The notes below the pieces were generated by a model that worked only from the letters and a program-made list of their open reading frames with translations, made no database searches and was not told the origin of the DNA. This document shows, in pieces, positions 18,841-28,491 of a stretch of DNA of 64,000 nucleotides (position 1 is the stretch's first letter; each line of letters begins with the position of its first letter). The stretch covers positions 7,162-71,161 of the forward strand of contig JBEKGM010000020.1 of assembly GCA_050012795.1 (NCBI GenBank), read 5' to 3'. The DNA is from Candidatus Bathyarchaeia archaeon (GTDB taxonomy: Archaea > Thermoproteota > Bathyarchaeia > 40CM-2-53-6). The translations under genes were made by a program, and so were the position numbers.

Positions 18841-20172
18841 ATGACTGCAGATGTTTTGTCCGCACAAGTAGCGAATGAGAAGAAGGTTCTGTTAGAGGAT
18901 CATAACGCGTACGGGGCGCCGCCGGGTACTGGCATCTCGATGCCGCCCTACTACATGCCCACCTCCTCCGTCAAGAACCGTAACGTGTACTTTCCATCAA
19001 CGGAGCCGATTGGCCCGGATGAGATGCGCGTCACCTTCATGGGTAGTCAGCCTTGGCCGCCGCGGCTTGCTCAAGCCGCTGAGTGCATAATGGTAGAGTT
19101 GGGTAACGGGGAGCGGTTGTTCTTCGACTTCGGTCCCGGGTGCCTACGCAACATCATCGCTAACCAGGTGCCGGTTGTTGAGATCGACAACATCTTCCTC
19201 TCTCACCTGCACATGGATCATATCGGTGAATTACCCTATCTGTGGTCGTTCGCCCCGTTCAACGGGCGAGCGAAACCGTTGCACATCATCGGCCCTTCAG
19301 GGCGTACCCCGGACCTAGGAACCAAGGCTATGTGGGAGGGCATGCAGAAGTTCGGCGCTTGGGGAGTCCAATCATTCGACGGCACGGGGCCCATCAGCTT
19401 TGCCCACGAGGGCAGCGATGTTACCGAGTTTGACTTCGAGGATGACGGCGGGGTCTGTTATGATAAGAATGGCGTGAAGGTGATCCACTGGCGTCGCTCG
19501 CACTCCATGGACGGCGCTTCCGCATTCCGGCTTGACTGGAACGGCCTTTCCTTCGTCTATACGGGCGATGGGAAGCCTGACTGGCTCACCGCCAAGTATG
19601 GGAAGGGAGCGGACTTGTTCGTGAGCGAGATGGCCGTGGACATCATCAACCTCTGGGCCATGAAGCAGGGCCTTCCACCCATGATCGGCGCCGTCACACT
19701 CGACATATTCCACACGACTCATTACGGGTTCGGCTACCTCGCGAACTTAGTGCAGCCCCGGCTGGCTGTGGCCACCCACTTGTCCTTTGACCGGGAGTTG
19801 CTGGGTGAGATGGTGGCGGGTGTGAGAATGTTCTACAAGGGTTTCTTCACATTCGGCATCGACGGCAGCGTCATAAACCTCACTAAAGATCGCGTCTGGG
19901 TCCGGGAGGCCGCGCTCACCGATTATGCTGGCATCCGGAGTCCAGACCCGCAGTGGCTAATTCAGAACATGTATGGCGGCAAGATACCAACAGAGCTTCC
20001 GAAGCAGAAGTACACTATTGCCGGCAACCAGGAGAAGTCGGTCCGTGACTTGGAAATTGATCCTGCACTCTTCACGCCGAAGGATCAGATGCGGAATTGG
20101 GTCCGAGAGTGGCCGCAGAACGTTTCCATGAAGGAATTGGTCGGCCCGGCCGGTGACTCGCAAGCCAAGTAA
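18841..20172 (+). CDS. MBL-fold metallo-hydrolase (RNase Z/arylsulfatase-like, GntH-like)
   Basis: SHLHMDH, FDFGPG, HSMDGA, YTGDG motifs. Confidence 0.8.
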   Translation: MTADVLSAQVANEKKVLLEDHNAYGAPPGTGISMPPYYMPTSSVKNRNVYFPSTEPIGPDEMRVTFMGSQPWPPRLAQAAECIMVELGNGERLFFDFGPGCLRNIIANQVPVVEIDNIFLSHLHMDHIGELPYLWSFAPFNGRAKPLHIIGPSGRTPDLGTKAMWEGMQKFGAWGVQSFDGTGPISFAHEGSDVTEFDFEDDGGVCYDKNGVKVIHWRRSHSMDGASAFRLDWNGLSFVYTGDGKPDWLTAKYGKGADLFVSEMAVDIINLWAMKQGLPPMIGAVTLDIFHTTHYGFGYLANLVQPRLAVATHLSFDRELLGEMVAGVRMFYKGFFTFGIDGSVINLTKDRVWVREAALTDYAGIRSPDPQWLIQNMYGGKIPTELPKQKYTIAGNQEKSVRDLEIDPALFTPKDQMRNWVREWPQNVSMKELVGPAGDSQAK

Positions 20173-20400
20173 GAGCTGGTCCTGTTTGCGGAGGTATCCT
20201 GTGCCTCCGCAAGGGATCCATCATCGTGTCAAGTTCGTTCAAGCGGTGAGCTTTCAAGTTCTTTCAGAATTTGCCATGAACCTCTGCTAACGTTTCGGTC
20301 GCAGCGTATATCCGATGCAGACCATCAATTCTAGCTTCTTTTGAAGAAGCGTATTGAAACTAGACACGATGAGTTGGTTGTGGTTTCGCGGTCAACCGTT

Positions 20401-21000
20401 TTATTGTCCGCAGTGTGGACAGGTGAAGTACCTTGAGTGGCCGTGTGCGTAGTCGCTTGAGATCTTCTTGCAACGGTTACACATGAAGTAGTAGTAGCGT
20501 GTTGACTTCGGAATGTTCCGGGTGAACGCGAATTGGGGAAAGCCCAGCCGGGCAAGGCCTTTCTGAATACCGTTCGGCCGCTTCTCGTAATGACCGTCAC
20601 TAATCTCGATTGAGTACCATTGGCGCTCGTGACATTTCACGCACTCAACCTCGTTCAATCCGACCCTGCTAAGTTTCCTGAAACCGCAGGCGCGGCATGC
20701 CACCCGTTCCACCACTTTGAGATTCCGCTTTTGAGCCGTCAACGCGCCATCTAGGCCGACGTCAAGAATCTCGACCACGTCCACTGGAGGCAGACTTCCC
20801 GGCTTACGTCTAACCTCCGGATCCTGAGAGCGGCGTACCTCCGCGAACTCCCAGCACACTAGGAAATCGATAATTTGCATCAGCTTAACTGAATCCGCTC
20901 CCGTGCTCGCCTCAAGTTCCTTAATTGGGCGCCACCGGCGCTCCGACAACTTGGACCAGACAACCTCCAGCAACCGCCGGCCTAAAGTCTGGTTCTGCAC
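20401..21000 (-). CDS. wHTH protein with two Zn-ribbon modules
   Basis: N-terminal HTH-like region; CRAC/CVKC and CNRC/CPHC. Confidence 0.75.
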   Translation of the reverse strand: MQNQTLGRRLLEVVWSKLSERRWRPIKELEASTGADSVKLMQIIDFLVCWEFAEVRRSQDPEVRRKPGSLPPVDVVEILDVGLDGALTAQKRNLKVVERVACRACGFRKLSRVGLNEVECVKCHERQWYSIEISDGHYEKRPNGIQKGLARLGFPQFAFTRNIPKSTRYYYFMCNRCKKISSDYAHGHSRYFTCPHCGQ

Positions 21001-21060
21001 TCACGCGTCCTCCTGGAAGAATCGTTCTTACTTCTAGAATTGAGACCCCATATATTTCAT

Positions 21061-21100
21061 TTACCTATATAGAGCATGCTCTAGGTAAAAAATTAAGTAC
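21061..21100. promoter_or_regulatory. Divergent promoter/operator: TTACCTA...TAGGTAA inverted pair around palindrome TAGAGCATGCTCTA
   Basis: Each half-site is followed on its own strand by a TATA-like element (TTAAGTA on +, AATATAT on -). Confidence 0.55.
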
Positions 21101-21134
21101 GCAAATCCGCCTATATATGGCCCGTGGTGATTCC

Positions 21135-21263
21135 ATGTCAAAGAACAAGCTTCTGCTAGTCGCCCTAATCGTCTTGGTCGGACTAACGTTGTGCATGGCT
21201 GCGGTGGCGGCCGGGGATAGGGGAGGCGGCGGAGCGCACACGATAATCAGGGCCCTATTCTAA
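21135..21263 (+). CDS. 42-aa secreted pre-peptide (signal peptide + GDRGGGGAHTIIRALF)
   Basis: GGTGA SD at 21126; basic n-region, hydrophobic h-region, AVAA cleavage-type motif. Confidence 0.7.
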   Translation: MSKNKLLLVALIVLVGLTLCMAAVAAGDRGGGGAHTIIRALF

Positions 21264-21332
21264 ATCAGCTGAATATTAGGTAAAAAAGAATAAAACGGCG
21301 AAGCGGCATTTCAGTTAGCGTAGGCGCTAATT

Positions 21333-22520
21333 TTGGAGACTGAGCACGTTCAATTACCAAACTACTTCAAAGGAATCACCGAGACAGGGAAACAGCTTGA
21401 CCCAACCAACATTAAGATTCTAACCGCAATGTGGAAGCATGGCCCACGGAATCTTCTTGAGATCTCAAGAAGAACAAGGCTACCGTTCACCTCGGTCTAC
21501 CATCGAGTAGCCAAACTCGAAGGGAAGACTGGACGAGTAGCGTACGTTATGCCTGAAACCTCCAAGCTAGGATTACTGCGAGTCGTCGTCCTCGCCGCCG
21601 CAACCCCTGGCTGCGAAGAGACCGTGGAGAAAGCACTTCAAATACCCAACCTTTGGCGCTTCATCAACCCAAGCGAAGGAAACTACTCAACCATCTCCGC
21701 CCACGCTGTTCCCGTCAAGTACCTCAAACAATTCAACAAGTACATCCGCAAACTCGTCGAGACTGGTCTGATCACCCGATTCAAAATCATTTACACCGGA
21801 GATTCCAGACCGAACTTTCCCAACTTTGAGTACTACGATCCGGGATCGAAACGATGGTCCTTCAAATGGACGCAATGGTTAGAGGGAGTGAAGAAGCAGA
21901 AAGTTGACAGGGCGATTGAGGACCTTGAAAGCTACCGAATGTTCGTTGACGTGAAGGATCTGCTGATTGTTAAGGAACTGGAGAAGAACGCGCGCAAACC
22001 ATTAGCGGAAATTTCGCCAATGCTAGGACTGTCAGTGACGGCCGTGAAGTATCGTCATGATAAACTCGTCAGCTCGGGCGTAACGGAAGAGTACGCGTTA
22101 GACGTTCATGCCTTCCCCGTTGAGATATCCGCCTACCATGAGGTCATGCTGAATTTCGCGAGTAGTCAAGGGATGAACCGTTTCTGCTCGTTCCTAGGAC
22201 AGCTTCCTTTCGTTCTTAGCGTAGCAAAAGTGCTCAAGCGGAATGCGCTGCTCGTTAGAACCTACATTCCTGAAACACAACTCATGAACATGTTCACTTT
22301 TCTCTCACAACTAACAAACGCAGGATTCCTAACCTCCTACTCATCCCTACGACTGAACTTCGCGGGAAGAAAGACTCAGACTATCTCGTACGAACTGTAC
22401 GACGACGAGAACGGGTGGATGGTAAACCTTGAAAGATGCGCCTCCGAACTCACCAAACTCGTTAGAAAACGGACAGTTGTTATGGCACGGGTGAAACCGC
22501 GCACGAATTCATCCATCTGA
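21333..22520 (+). CDS. Tandem (double) Lrp/AsnC-type transcriptional regulator
   Basis: Two wHTH units (LDPTNIKIL...SVYHRVAKLE; DVKDLLIVKELEKNARKPLAEIS), each followed by a RAM-like domain. Confidence 0.85.
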   Translation: METEHVQLPNYFKGITETGKQLDPTNIKILTAMWKHGPRNLLEISRRTRLPFTSVYHRVAKLEGKTGRVAYVMPETSKLGLLRVVVLAAATPGCEETVEKALQIPNLWRFINPSEGNYSTISAHAVPVKYLKQFNKYIRKLVETGLITRFKIIYTGDSRPNFPNFEYYDPGSKRWSFKWTQWLEGVKKQKVDRAIEDLESYRMFVDVKDLLIVKELEKNARKPLAEISPMLGLSVTAVKYRHDKLVSSGVTEEYALDVHAFPVEISAYHEVMLNFASSQGMNRFCSFLGQLPFVLSVAKVLKRNALLVRTYIPETQLMNMFTFLSQLTNAGFLTSYSSLRLNFAGRKTQTISYELYDDENGWMVNLERCASELTKLVRKRTVVMARVKPRTNSSI

Positions 22521-22656
22521 CGGCTCCGGTTAACGGAATTCATTTGCCCGGATTCTAAAGAAAGGACGGGGCCATGGCCTTCGGACGAGTGTAAAGAATG
22601 AATTTTGGTGGATGAAAAACAGATATATGTCCTATGGATTATTCGGCGCGTTGATT

Positions 22657-24381
22657 ATGCGCCCGATTAAACCGCTCGTACTTGCCGTTCTCGTAATATC
22701 CTTCTTCTTAACGGAGAGTGTTGCAGCTGCCTCAGTCGTCGTTACCTGCCCTTTCGGCGCGCCTGGCGGGGACGACCTGAGCCGAGGATTTTATGTCACG
22801 TCCTATCCGGGCACAAATCTATACTCAGTCCACGTTCAGTATGATGCGAACCCCAGCGGGACATACGCAGTTTCCATGACTGCAAATCTTGGCGCCTACA
22901 ATGGGCCTACTATTGGAAGCACGCAGACCGTAGTTGTTAATCTTCCATCGACCTCAAGCGAAAAGGACGTGGTATTCAACTTCGGAGGTGCGTCCGTGCC
23001 ATCAGGCAGCACCGTGGCATTTACACAGGCGCAAGTATCAGGCCCTGGGACTGTTTACTATAACACGGGCTCAGGTACGTGTCCCGGAGTGTTTCAGACA
23101 AACGGCACAACACCTCCCTTGGATACGGTGCGCAGGAACACCGTTGGGGTCGAAATATCAGAATCCTCGGGCGGAGTCTCAACGGACTGGGCGATTAGTT
23201 CCGTTGCGGCAATTCCACCCAATCCTCAAGCCGGTAACCCAGTAACTTTCAGCGCGGTGTTGACCGCGCTCTCTACAACAGGTTCGTATCCGCAGAGTGT
23301 TGATGTGGAATGCACAATTGACGGAATGACCTGTGGTGGAGGAAGCGTCTCGTATCCTGGACCGACTGGCAACGGGGCTATTGTAAGCGCGCAGACCCCG
23401 TGGACTGCAACGCCAGGAACGCACACGTTAACTTGGTCTGTTTCGACGAATAACGATCCAAATCCAAGTAACAATCAAAACAGTATAACGTTCACGGTCG
23501 GACCACCGGCGCCACCACCGCAAGCGTTTGATTTTTCATTATCCACATCACCTACCCAGCAGAGCATTGCTCCTGGTGGGAGCGCAAGTTACACTGTCAC
23601 TGTGAACACCGTAGCAGGGCCACCGCAGAATGTTGATCTCAGCGCGTCAGGATTACCCGCAGGAGTATCCGCGTCATTTAACCCAACCTCAGGAACTCCT
23701 CCATTCACCTCAACGCTAAGCATTACAGTAGTGCCCTCAGCGTCACCTGGAACGTCTACACTCACAATAATCGGCACAGGCGGCGGGGTAACCCATCAAG
23801 CCTCCTTCACTCTCACCGTTTCCGCTTCACCTGACTTTACAATCAGCGTGGACCCCACCTCTCAGAGTATGCTTCAAGGACAGACGGCATCGTACTTCGT
23901 GAGCGTTGCCGCCCTCAACGGTTTCAACTCGCAGGTTTCATTGTCTGTCTCAGGATTGCCATCGGGCGCCAACGGAGTCTTCAGCAATCCGTCCGGAACT
24001 CCAAACTTTGCTTCAACACTCACAGTCACACTACCAGGGGACGTTCCAACTGGTTCGTATACGTTGACAGTGACCGGGAGTGGCGGAGGATTAAGCCACG
24101 TCGCCAACCTAGTTTTAACAGTTAATGCAGCCATGACGACGCAAACCTCAACCTCCTCAACTCAAACATCAAACGACCTGATGAGCATGATCCAACAAAA
24201 CCAACTTCTGATCCTCGGAGGCGCAGTCTTGTTGGCAGTCTTAATTGCGGTCGCGTTGCGGGGTAGACGAAAACCAGCCCCAACCGAACCATCAAGAACA
24301 GGCGTAACAACTGGAATGGTTTATTGTGGAAAATGTGGAACCCAAAACCCCACCACCAACGAGTTCACCAAACTACACTAA
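22657..24381 (+). CDS. Large surface protein: CARDB-like + repeated Ig-like domains, TM anchor, truncated Zn ribbon
   Basis: Signal peptide; NDPNPSNN; two DFxxSxxP...SGLPxG...STLxxT repeats; C-terminal TM; CGKCG. Confidence 0.85.
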   Translation: MRPIKPLVLAVLVISFFLTESVAAASVVVTCPFGAPGGDDLSRGFYVTSYPGTNLYSVHVQYDANPSGTYAVSMTANLGAYNGPTIGSTQTVVVNLPSTSSEKDVVFNFGGASVPSGSTVAFTQAQVSGPGTVYYNTGSGTCPGVFQTNGTTPPLDTVRRNTVGVEISESSGGVSTDWAISSVAAIPPNPQAGNPVTFSAVLTALSTTGSYPQSVDVECTIDGMTCGGGSVSYPGPTGNGAIVSAQTPWTATPGTHTLTWSVSTNNDPNPSNNQNSITFTVGPPAPPPQAFDFSLSTSPTQQSIAPGGSASYTVTVNTVAGPPQNVDLSASGLPAGVSASFNPTSGTPPFTSTLSITVVPSASPGTSTLTIIGTGGGVTHQASFTLTVSASPDFTISVDPTSQSMLQGQTASYFVSVAALNGFNSQVSLSVSGLPSGANGVFSNPSGTPNFASTLTVTLPGDVPTGSYTLTVTGSGGGLSHVANLVLTVNAAMTTQTSTSSTQTSNDLMSMIQQNQLLILGGAVLLAVLIAVALRGRRKPAPTEPSRTGVTTGMVYCGKCGTQNPTTNEFTKLH

Positions 24382-24491
24382 ATCGCAAAAGATGGCAGAT
24401 TCATCAGCTACTTTTGTCGGAGGTCTCGCGAGCGTTTGGACTATTTAGCATCCTACCTTTACAAGTTCTACATCCAGTCGGAATATTCGCG

Positions 24492-25454
24492 CTAGGCGCC
24501 TTCCCGGGAAATTACTTTTTGAAAGAGTTGCTCGTCGATGTTTCCACCACTAATCACAGCCGCGACGATCTGTCCCGTTAGTGCGTGTTTATTTTCCAGG
24601 AGTGCTGCGACTGGTACCGCTCCTGAACCTTCAACCACCTGCTTCTCTTCCTTCCAAAGCAGATAGATCGCTTTCCGTATTGTCTTCTCCTTCACTAACC
24701 AAAAGTCGTCCACATAGTTTCGGATCATTTCAAAGGTGATGGATCCCTTTTCGACTCCTCCGTATATGCCATCGGCTATCGATTCATGCAATTCCGTATC
24801 CAGGAGCCTACCTGCCTTGAGGGACTCATACATGACTGGGGAGGCTTCAGATTGTACGCCGATGATTTTGACGTTTGGTTTGCTGCTCTTTACGGTAAGG
24901 CCAATGCCAGAGATCAATCCTCCACCGCCTACTGGAACGATTATCATGCTGACGTTTGGCAGGTCTTCAAGGACTTCCAGCCCGACTGTGCCTTGGCCTG
25001 CGATAACGAAGTTGTCGTTATAGGCTGAGATGTATGTCAATCGCTCTCGTTTTGCTAGGGTGATAGCGTACTTTTCGGCCTCGTCGTATATCTCGCCGTG
25101 AAGGATGGGCTCCACCTTGTGTGTCCTGATCTTTTCGAGTTTAATTGTGGGCGTGGTTTTTGGAACCACGATCTTCACTGGTAGGTTAAGTTTCTCTGCT
25201 CCGATGGCTACGGCTTGAGCATGGTTTCCAGCGGACGCGGTCACGAGTCCGTGTTTCTTTTCTTCTTCAGTTAAATGCAGCATCTTGTTGAGGGCTCCTC
25301 TTATCTTGAAAGAATTCGTTACCTGTTGGTTCTCGAGCTTCAAGTACACTCGACCACCGCAGGTTTCGCTGAAGAACTTCGAGTACACCAACGGAGTTCT
25401 AATTACAGAATCAATGATCGTTCTTCTTGCTTCGAGCACTTCTTCTGGATCCAT
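24492..25454 (-). CDS. ilvA: Threonine/serine ammonia-lyase (PLP), no ACT domain
   Basis: KLENQQVTNSFKIRGA, SAGNHAQ, VGGGGLISG, SGGNID; ORF extends to 25514. Confidence 0.9.
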   Translation of the reverse strand: MDPEEVLEARRTIIDSVIRTPLVYSKFFSETCGGRVYLKLENQQVTNSFKIRGALNKMLHLTEEEKKHGLVTASAGNHAQAVAIGAEKLNLPVKIVVPKTTPTIKLEKIRTHKVEPILHGEIYDEAEKYAITLAKRERLTYISAYNDNFVIAGQGTVGLEVLEDLPNVSMIIVPVGGGGLISGIGLTVKSSKPNVKIIGVQSEASPVMYESLKAGRLLDTELHESIADGIYGGVEKGSITFEMIRNYVDDFWLVKEKTIRKAIYLLWKEEKQVVEGSGAVPVAALLENKHALTGQIVAAVISGGNIDEQLFQKVISREGA

Positions 25455-25743
25455 CCCACGATGACCTACCCAAATCGTCTGGACCTGTCTCACTTTTCCT
25501 TCTCTTTTAAGCACTCAAACGCATAGCAGATCGTGGTGAAGGTGACCGACCGAACGAGTATGAGGGTAATTATCAGGTTGAGTTTGAACGTTACTTCAAG
25601 AATCAGCTCGCTCCTGGACCCTACAGGATTGAGACTGGAATGCAAGTAATCAGAAGGGTTCTACAGATAGCAAATCTCTCATCCCAGAATTAGGTGAGAG
25701 CGCCATGCTTTTGTAATAGGCAACGTACAACTTCACGAGAACG

Positions 25744-26256
25744 TTGAGTCCAGTTCTGCAAGTCGACAAGGACGAGTGGGAGGCTTTTCGCGCCGAGTTC
25801 TCGAAGCTAACAAAAGAGTATGAAACCCTTCTAGCTAGACTGGAACAGGCTCAGGCTCAGATCAAGCAGCTTAACGAACAAAATGAGGCTCTCCGACGAG
25901 AAGGCGGCGCCGTTCCACCCCCAACCAATCAAGGTGTCACGGAACCCGTTACGAGTAGACCAGAGGAGGTGAAGCGGTCGGAATCTGACAAGCAACCGGG
26001 TGAGGCTGCGTTGAAGGGTAAGGCGAAGCGAGGCTTCTGGGAATCCATCCGCAGCCGCTTACTTGGGAGACCCCAATATCCGCGATTCTCGGTTGCGGCG
26101 TGTAGGAAGTGTGGCTTTCTAATCAGGGAGGCAAGCAGGTTCTGTTCCGGATGCGGGGCTGACTTTGGCGCTTTGATCTGTCCTTGCGGTCGCGACTTAC
26201 CGCGTGATGCCAAGTATTGTGATCGGTGTGGGCGCAAGCCTGAGCTTCGCGCTTAA
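25744..26256 (+). CDS. Coiled-coil protein with C-terminal double zinc ribbon
   Basis: Heptad N-terminus; CRKC/CSGC/CPC/CDRC. Confidence 0.8.
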   Translation: MSPVLQVDKDEWEAFRAEFSKLTKEYETLLARLEQAQAQIKQLNEQNEALRREGGAVPPPTNQGVTEPVTSRPEEVKRSESDKQPGEAALKGKAKRGFWESIRSRLLGRPQYPRFSVAACRKCGFLIREASRFCSGCGADFGALICPCGRDLPRDAKYCDRCGRKPELRA

Positions 26257-26260
26257 CTTA

Positions 26261-26539
26261 CTACTTTACAGTCCATTTTTCAGATTCTTTGACAAGACGC
26301 GCCATTGTCTCCCGGGCCCTGCGAAGAGATTCGTCCGATTGACTCTTGCTAGCGTTCATGGCTGCCTCTAAGGACTCTAACTTTTCCTTTGACGCTTCGA
26401 GTTCACTCTGCAGCTGTTTATTCGTCTTCTCGAGGGAGGCAATTCTCTCAATGAGTTTCTGTGACCTTTCAAGAAGTGCCTGGTTATCTGTTAGGAATGC
26501 TTCAAACTCCTTCCGGTCTACGGTTACACGTTCAGACAT
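26261..26539 (-). CDS. Coiled-coil protein, paralog of the 25744 N-terminus
   Basis: VTVDRKEFEAF vs LQVDKDEWEAF; heptads. Confidence 0.75.
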   Translation of the reverse strand: MSERVTVDRKEFEAFLTDNQALLERSQKLIERIASLEKTNKQLQSELEASKEKLESLEAAMNASKSQSDESLRRARETMARLVKESEKWTVK

Positions 26540-26657
26540 GATCGCTCGCTACCCGTGACCGGTATTATTCTTCGGCTATTTGAGGCCTTTCAAGTTCAAC
26601 CGGATTGATTAGTTATAATAATTCGGAATCAATCTAAGAGTTTGAACCTCATGAAGG

Positions 26658-27248
26658 ATGAAGGCACGAGTATGCTTAACGGAGATGGCAGCTCTGAGCT
26701 TTAGAAGTAAGCTGTGGAATATCGTGCTCAGTGGCTATCCCGGCTCAGGCAAGACCGTGCTCGCGAGGCGCCTTGTTTCTGAGAATCCCAACTTCATAAG
26801 ACTAAGTGTGGACGATGTTCGCTCAATGTTCTATGGAACAACTGAACCCACAGTCGGTGAAGAGTTCATTTACGCGTGCCTAGCCTCGTTGCGTGATCTG
26901 GCGCTTAGGAAGGGGCATAATGTAATTATAGATTCCACGGCGGCTCGAAACTCCACACGCAACTTCCTGCTTAGGACGAACGTTGATGGCGTTGTTCGAT
27001 TGCTTGTTATCATGGTCGTAAGTAAGCCTGAATTGGACAGGCGGAACCGGGAGCGAAACCTGATGGGAGCAAGCGAGGCCTATGACGCGGCTTGGGAGGA
27101 ACCTCTTACGACGATGCCCGTCTTGAAGTTTAGAAACGAGAGTCAAGCCGGCTTTGACACGAGTTACTACCTACTAACTGAACTTCTCAAAAGCAACGTC
27201 AGCCCCTACCGAAGAAGATTCATGGAAAACATATTCCCAAGAACGTGA
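26658..27248 (+). CDS. P-loop kinase (AAA_33/polynucleotide-kinase-like)
   Basis: GYPGSGKT, LSVDDVR, VIIDST. Confidence 0.85.
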   Translation: MKARVCLTEMAALSFRSKLWNIVLSGYPGSGKTVLARRLVSENPNFIRLSVDDVRSMFYGTTEPTVGEEFIYACLASLRDLALRKGHNVIIDSTAARNSTRNFLLRTNVDGVVRLLVIMVVSKPELDRRNRERNLMGASEAYDAAWEEPLTTMPVLKFRNESQAGFDTSYYLLTELLKSNVSPYRRRFMENIFPRT

Positions 27249-27271
27249 GCAAATTACCCCCGTGATGGAAA

Positions 27272-27778
27272 TTGGCTGAAGCTTCACTCGTCGGCTTACT
27301 GATCAGAGTTGCCGTGACGCTTGCAGTATTCTGGCTGACCAGTCAACTTCTTATCCGCGTCGTAGCGGCCGCAGCCAGAAGAGCAGGAGTCACCCCCGGC
27401 CAGGTCCGCCTCATTGAGGAGGGCATAGCTTCCGTCTTCGTTGTGCTCGCGATCATAGCTCTTGTTCACCTTTCAGGGTTAACATCCGAATTCACGGCGC
27501 TCACAATTTCCGGCATCGCCGCCATTGTACTATCTCTGGCTCTCCAGGCGACGTTATCTAACATGATCTCTGGCATTTTACTCCTCCTTGATAACACGCT
27601 CCGTGTTAACGACTTGATTGAGTACAGTGGCGCTAAGGGTGAGGTTGTCAAGATAGGGTTAAGGAACACTTGGGTTAAGACTGCTGAGGGCAACGTGGTG
27701 GTCATAAGCAACAGTCAACTCGCGAACGGACCACTCATCAACTACACAGCTGGCGAACGGTTACTCAGGAAACTCTAG
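27272..27778 (+). CDS. Small-conductance mechanosensitive channel (short MscS)
   Basis: LALQATLSNMISG...GEVVKIGLRNT...ISNSQL. Confidence 0.88.
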   Translation: MAEASLVGLLIRVAVTLAVFWLTSQLLIRVVAAAARRAGVTPGQVRLIEEGIASVFVVLAIIALVHLSGLTSEFTALTISGIAAIVLSLALQATLSNMISGILLLLDNTLRVNDLIEYSGAKGEVVKIGLRNTWVKTAEGNVVVISNSQLANGPLINYTAGERLLRKL

Positions 27779-27947
27779 GCTCGAACTATGACAAGCCGCA
27801 GCTGACCTACTAGTCAAATTCTGAGAATTAAGGTTCTATCCTAAATCTCTGAGTCGGTCAAGAATTGGGTCTACATGTTTTCTAGTCGTATCTTCCGCAA
27901 GTCTTCATTACTCGCGGGCGTTCAGTTAGAGGTAATGAGGGCTTCCC

Positions 27948-28142
27948 GTGACCGCTGTAACGTGTGAGATCTGCGGTAAATCACCGGCCGAAGTGGACGT
28001 GTGGACTTTATGTTCGGAGTGCGCTGAGACCTGCAGGGTGTTCCTCCAGTTCGTGAAGCAGCATAACGTGGACGCGAAGGATTTTGAGCCGTTGAAGGAA
28101 GCGTTGCGGTCCGAGGCGAGAGGAATAGTTCTGTTCAATTAG
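27948..28142 (+). CDS. Small Zn-finger protein
   Basis: CEICGK...LCSEC. Confidence 0.6.
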   Translation: MTAVTCEICGKSPAEVDVWTLCSECAETCRVFLQFVKQHNVDAKDFEPLKEALRSEARGIVLFN

Positions 28143-28416
28143 CGTTCTTTACGAGTTCCTTCAGTAGGTCAACTGACTTTCCGGGTGAAATAACGATCTT
28201 ACTTTTGGTGTAGACTGAATCGTTCCAGCCTGCCCGCTCAATGAATCCGTATCTTGCTAGAAAGCTCACTACGTCAGCGACCGTGGATCCGTCTTGGTGT
28301 GAGAGGCTAATCAAATCCTTAACGGAGTAGTACTTGCCGTCCGTCATCACTGACCAGATGGCGTCAGGCAAGGAGTTATTCAATTCGCATCTACGGTAAT
28401 GTTTGTGCGTGTTCAA
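28135..28416 (-). CDS. Stand-alone wHTH protein (paralog of 36466..36726 and of the 20401 N-terminus)
   Basis: IWSVMTDGKYYSVKDL...FLARYGF...SPGKSVDLL. Confidence 0.7.
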   Translation of the reverse strand: MNTHKHYRRCELNNSLPDAIWSVMTDGKYYSVKDLISLSHQDGSTVADVVSFLARYGFIERAGWNDSVYTKSKIVISPGKSVDLLKELVKNAN

Positions 28417-28491
28417 GTAAGTCTCGTGTAACTGGCGTATGCAATTGTCCGTGACTGAGGCGCTCAGCCGCTTCCGGTTGCTACTTGATAA

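Noticed and set aside
20925-21134. N-terminal extension of the 112-aa ORF
   Set aside because: Overlaps the divergent gene and promoter; the SD and signal peptide point to ATG 21135
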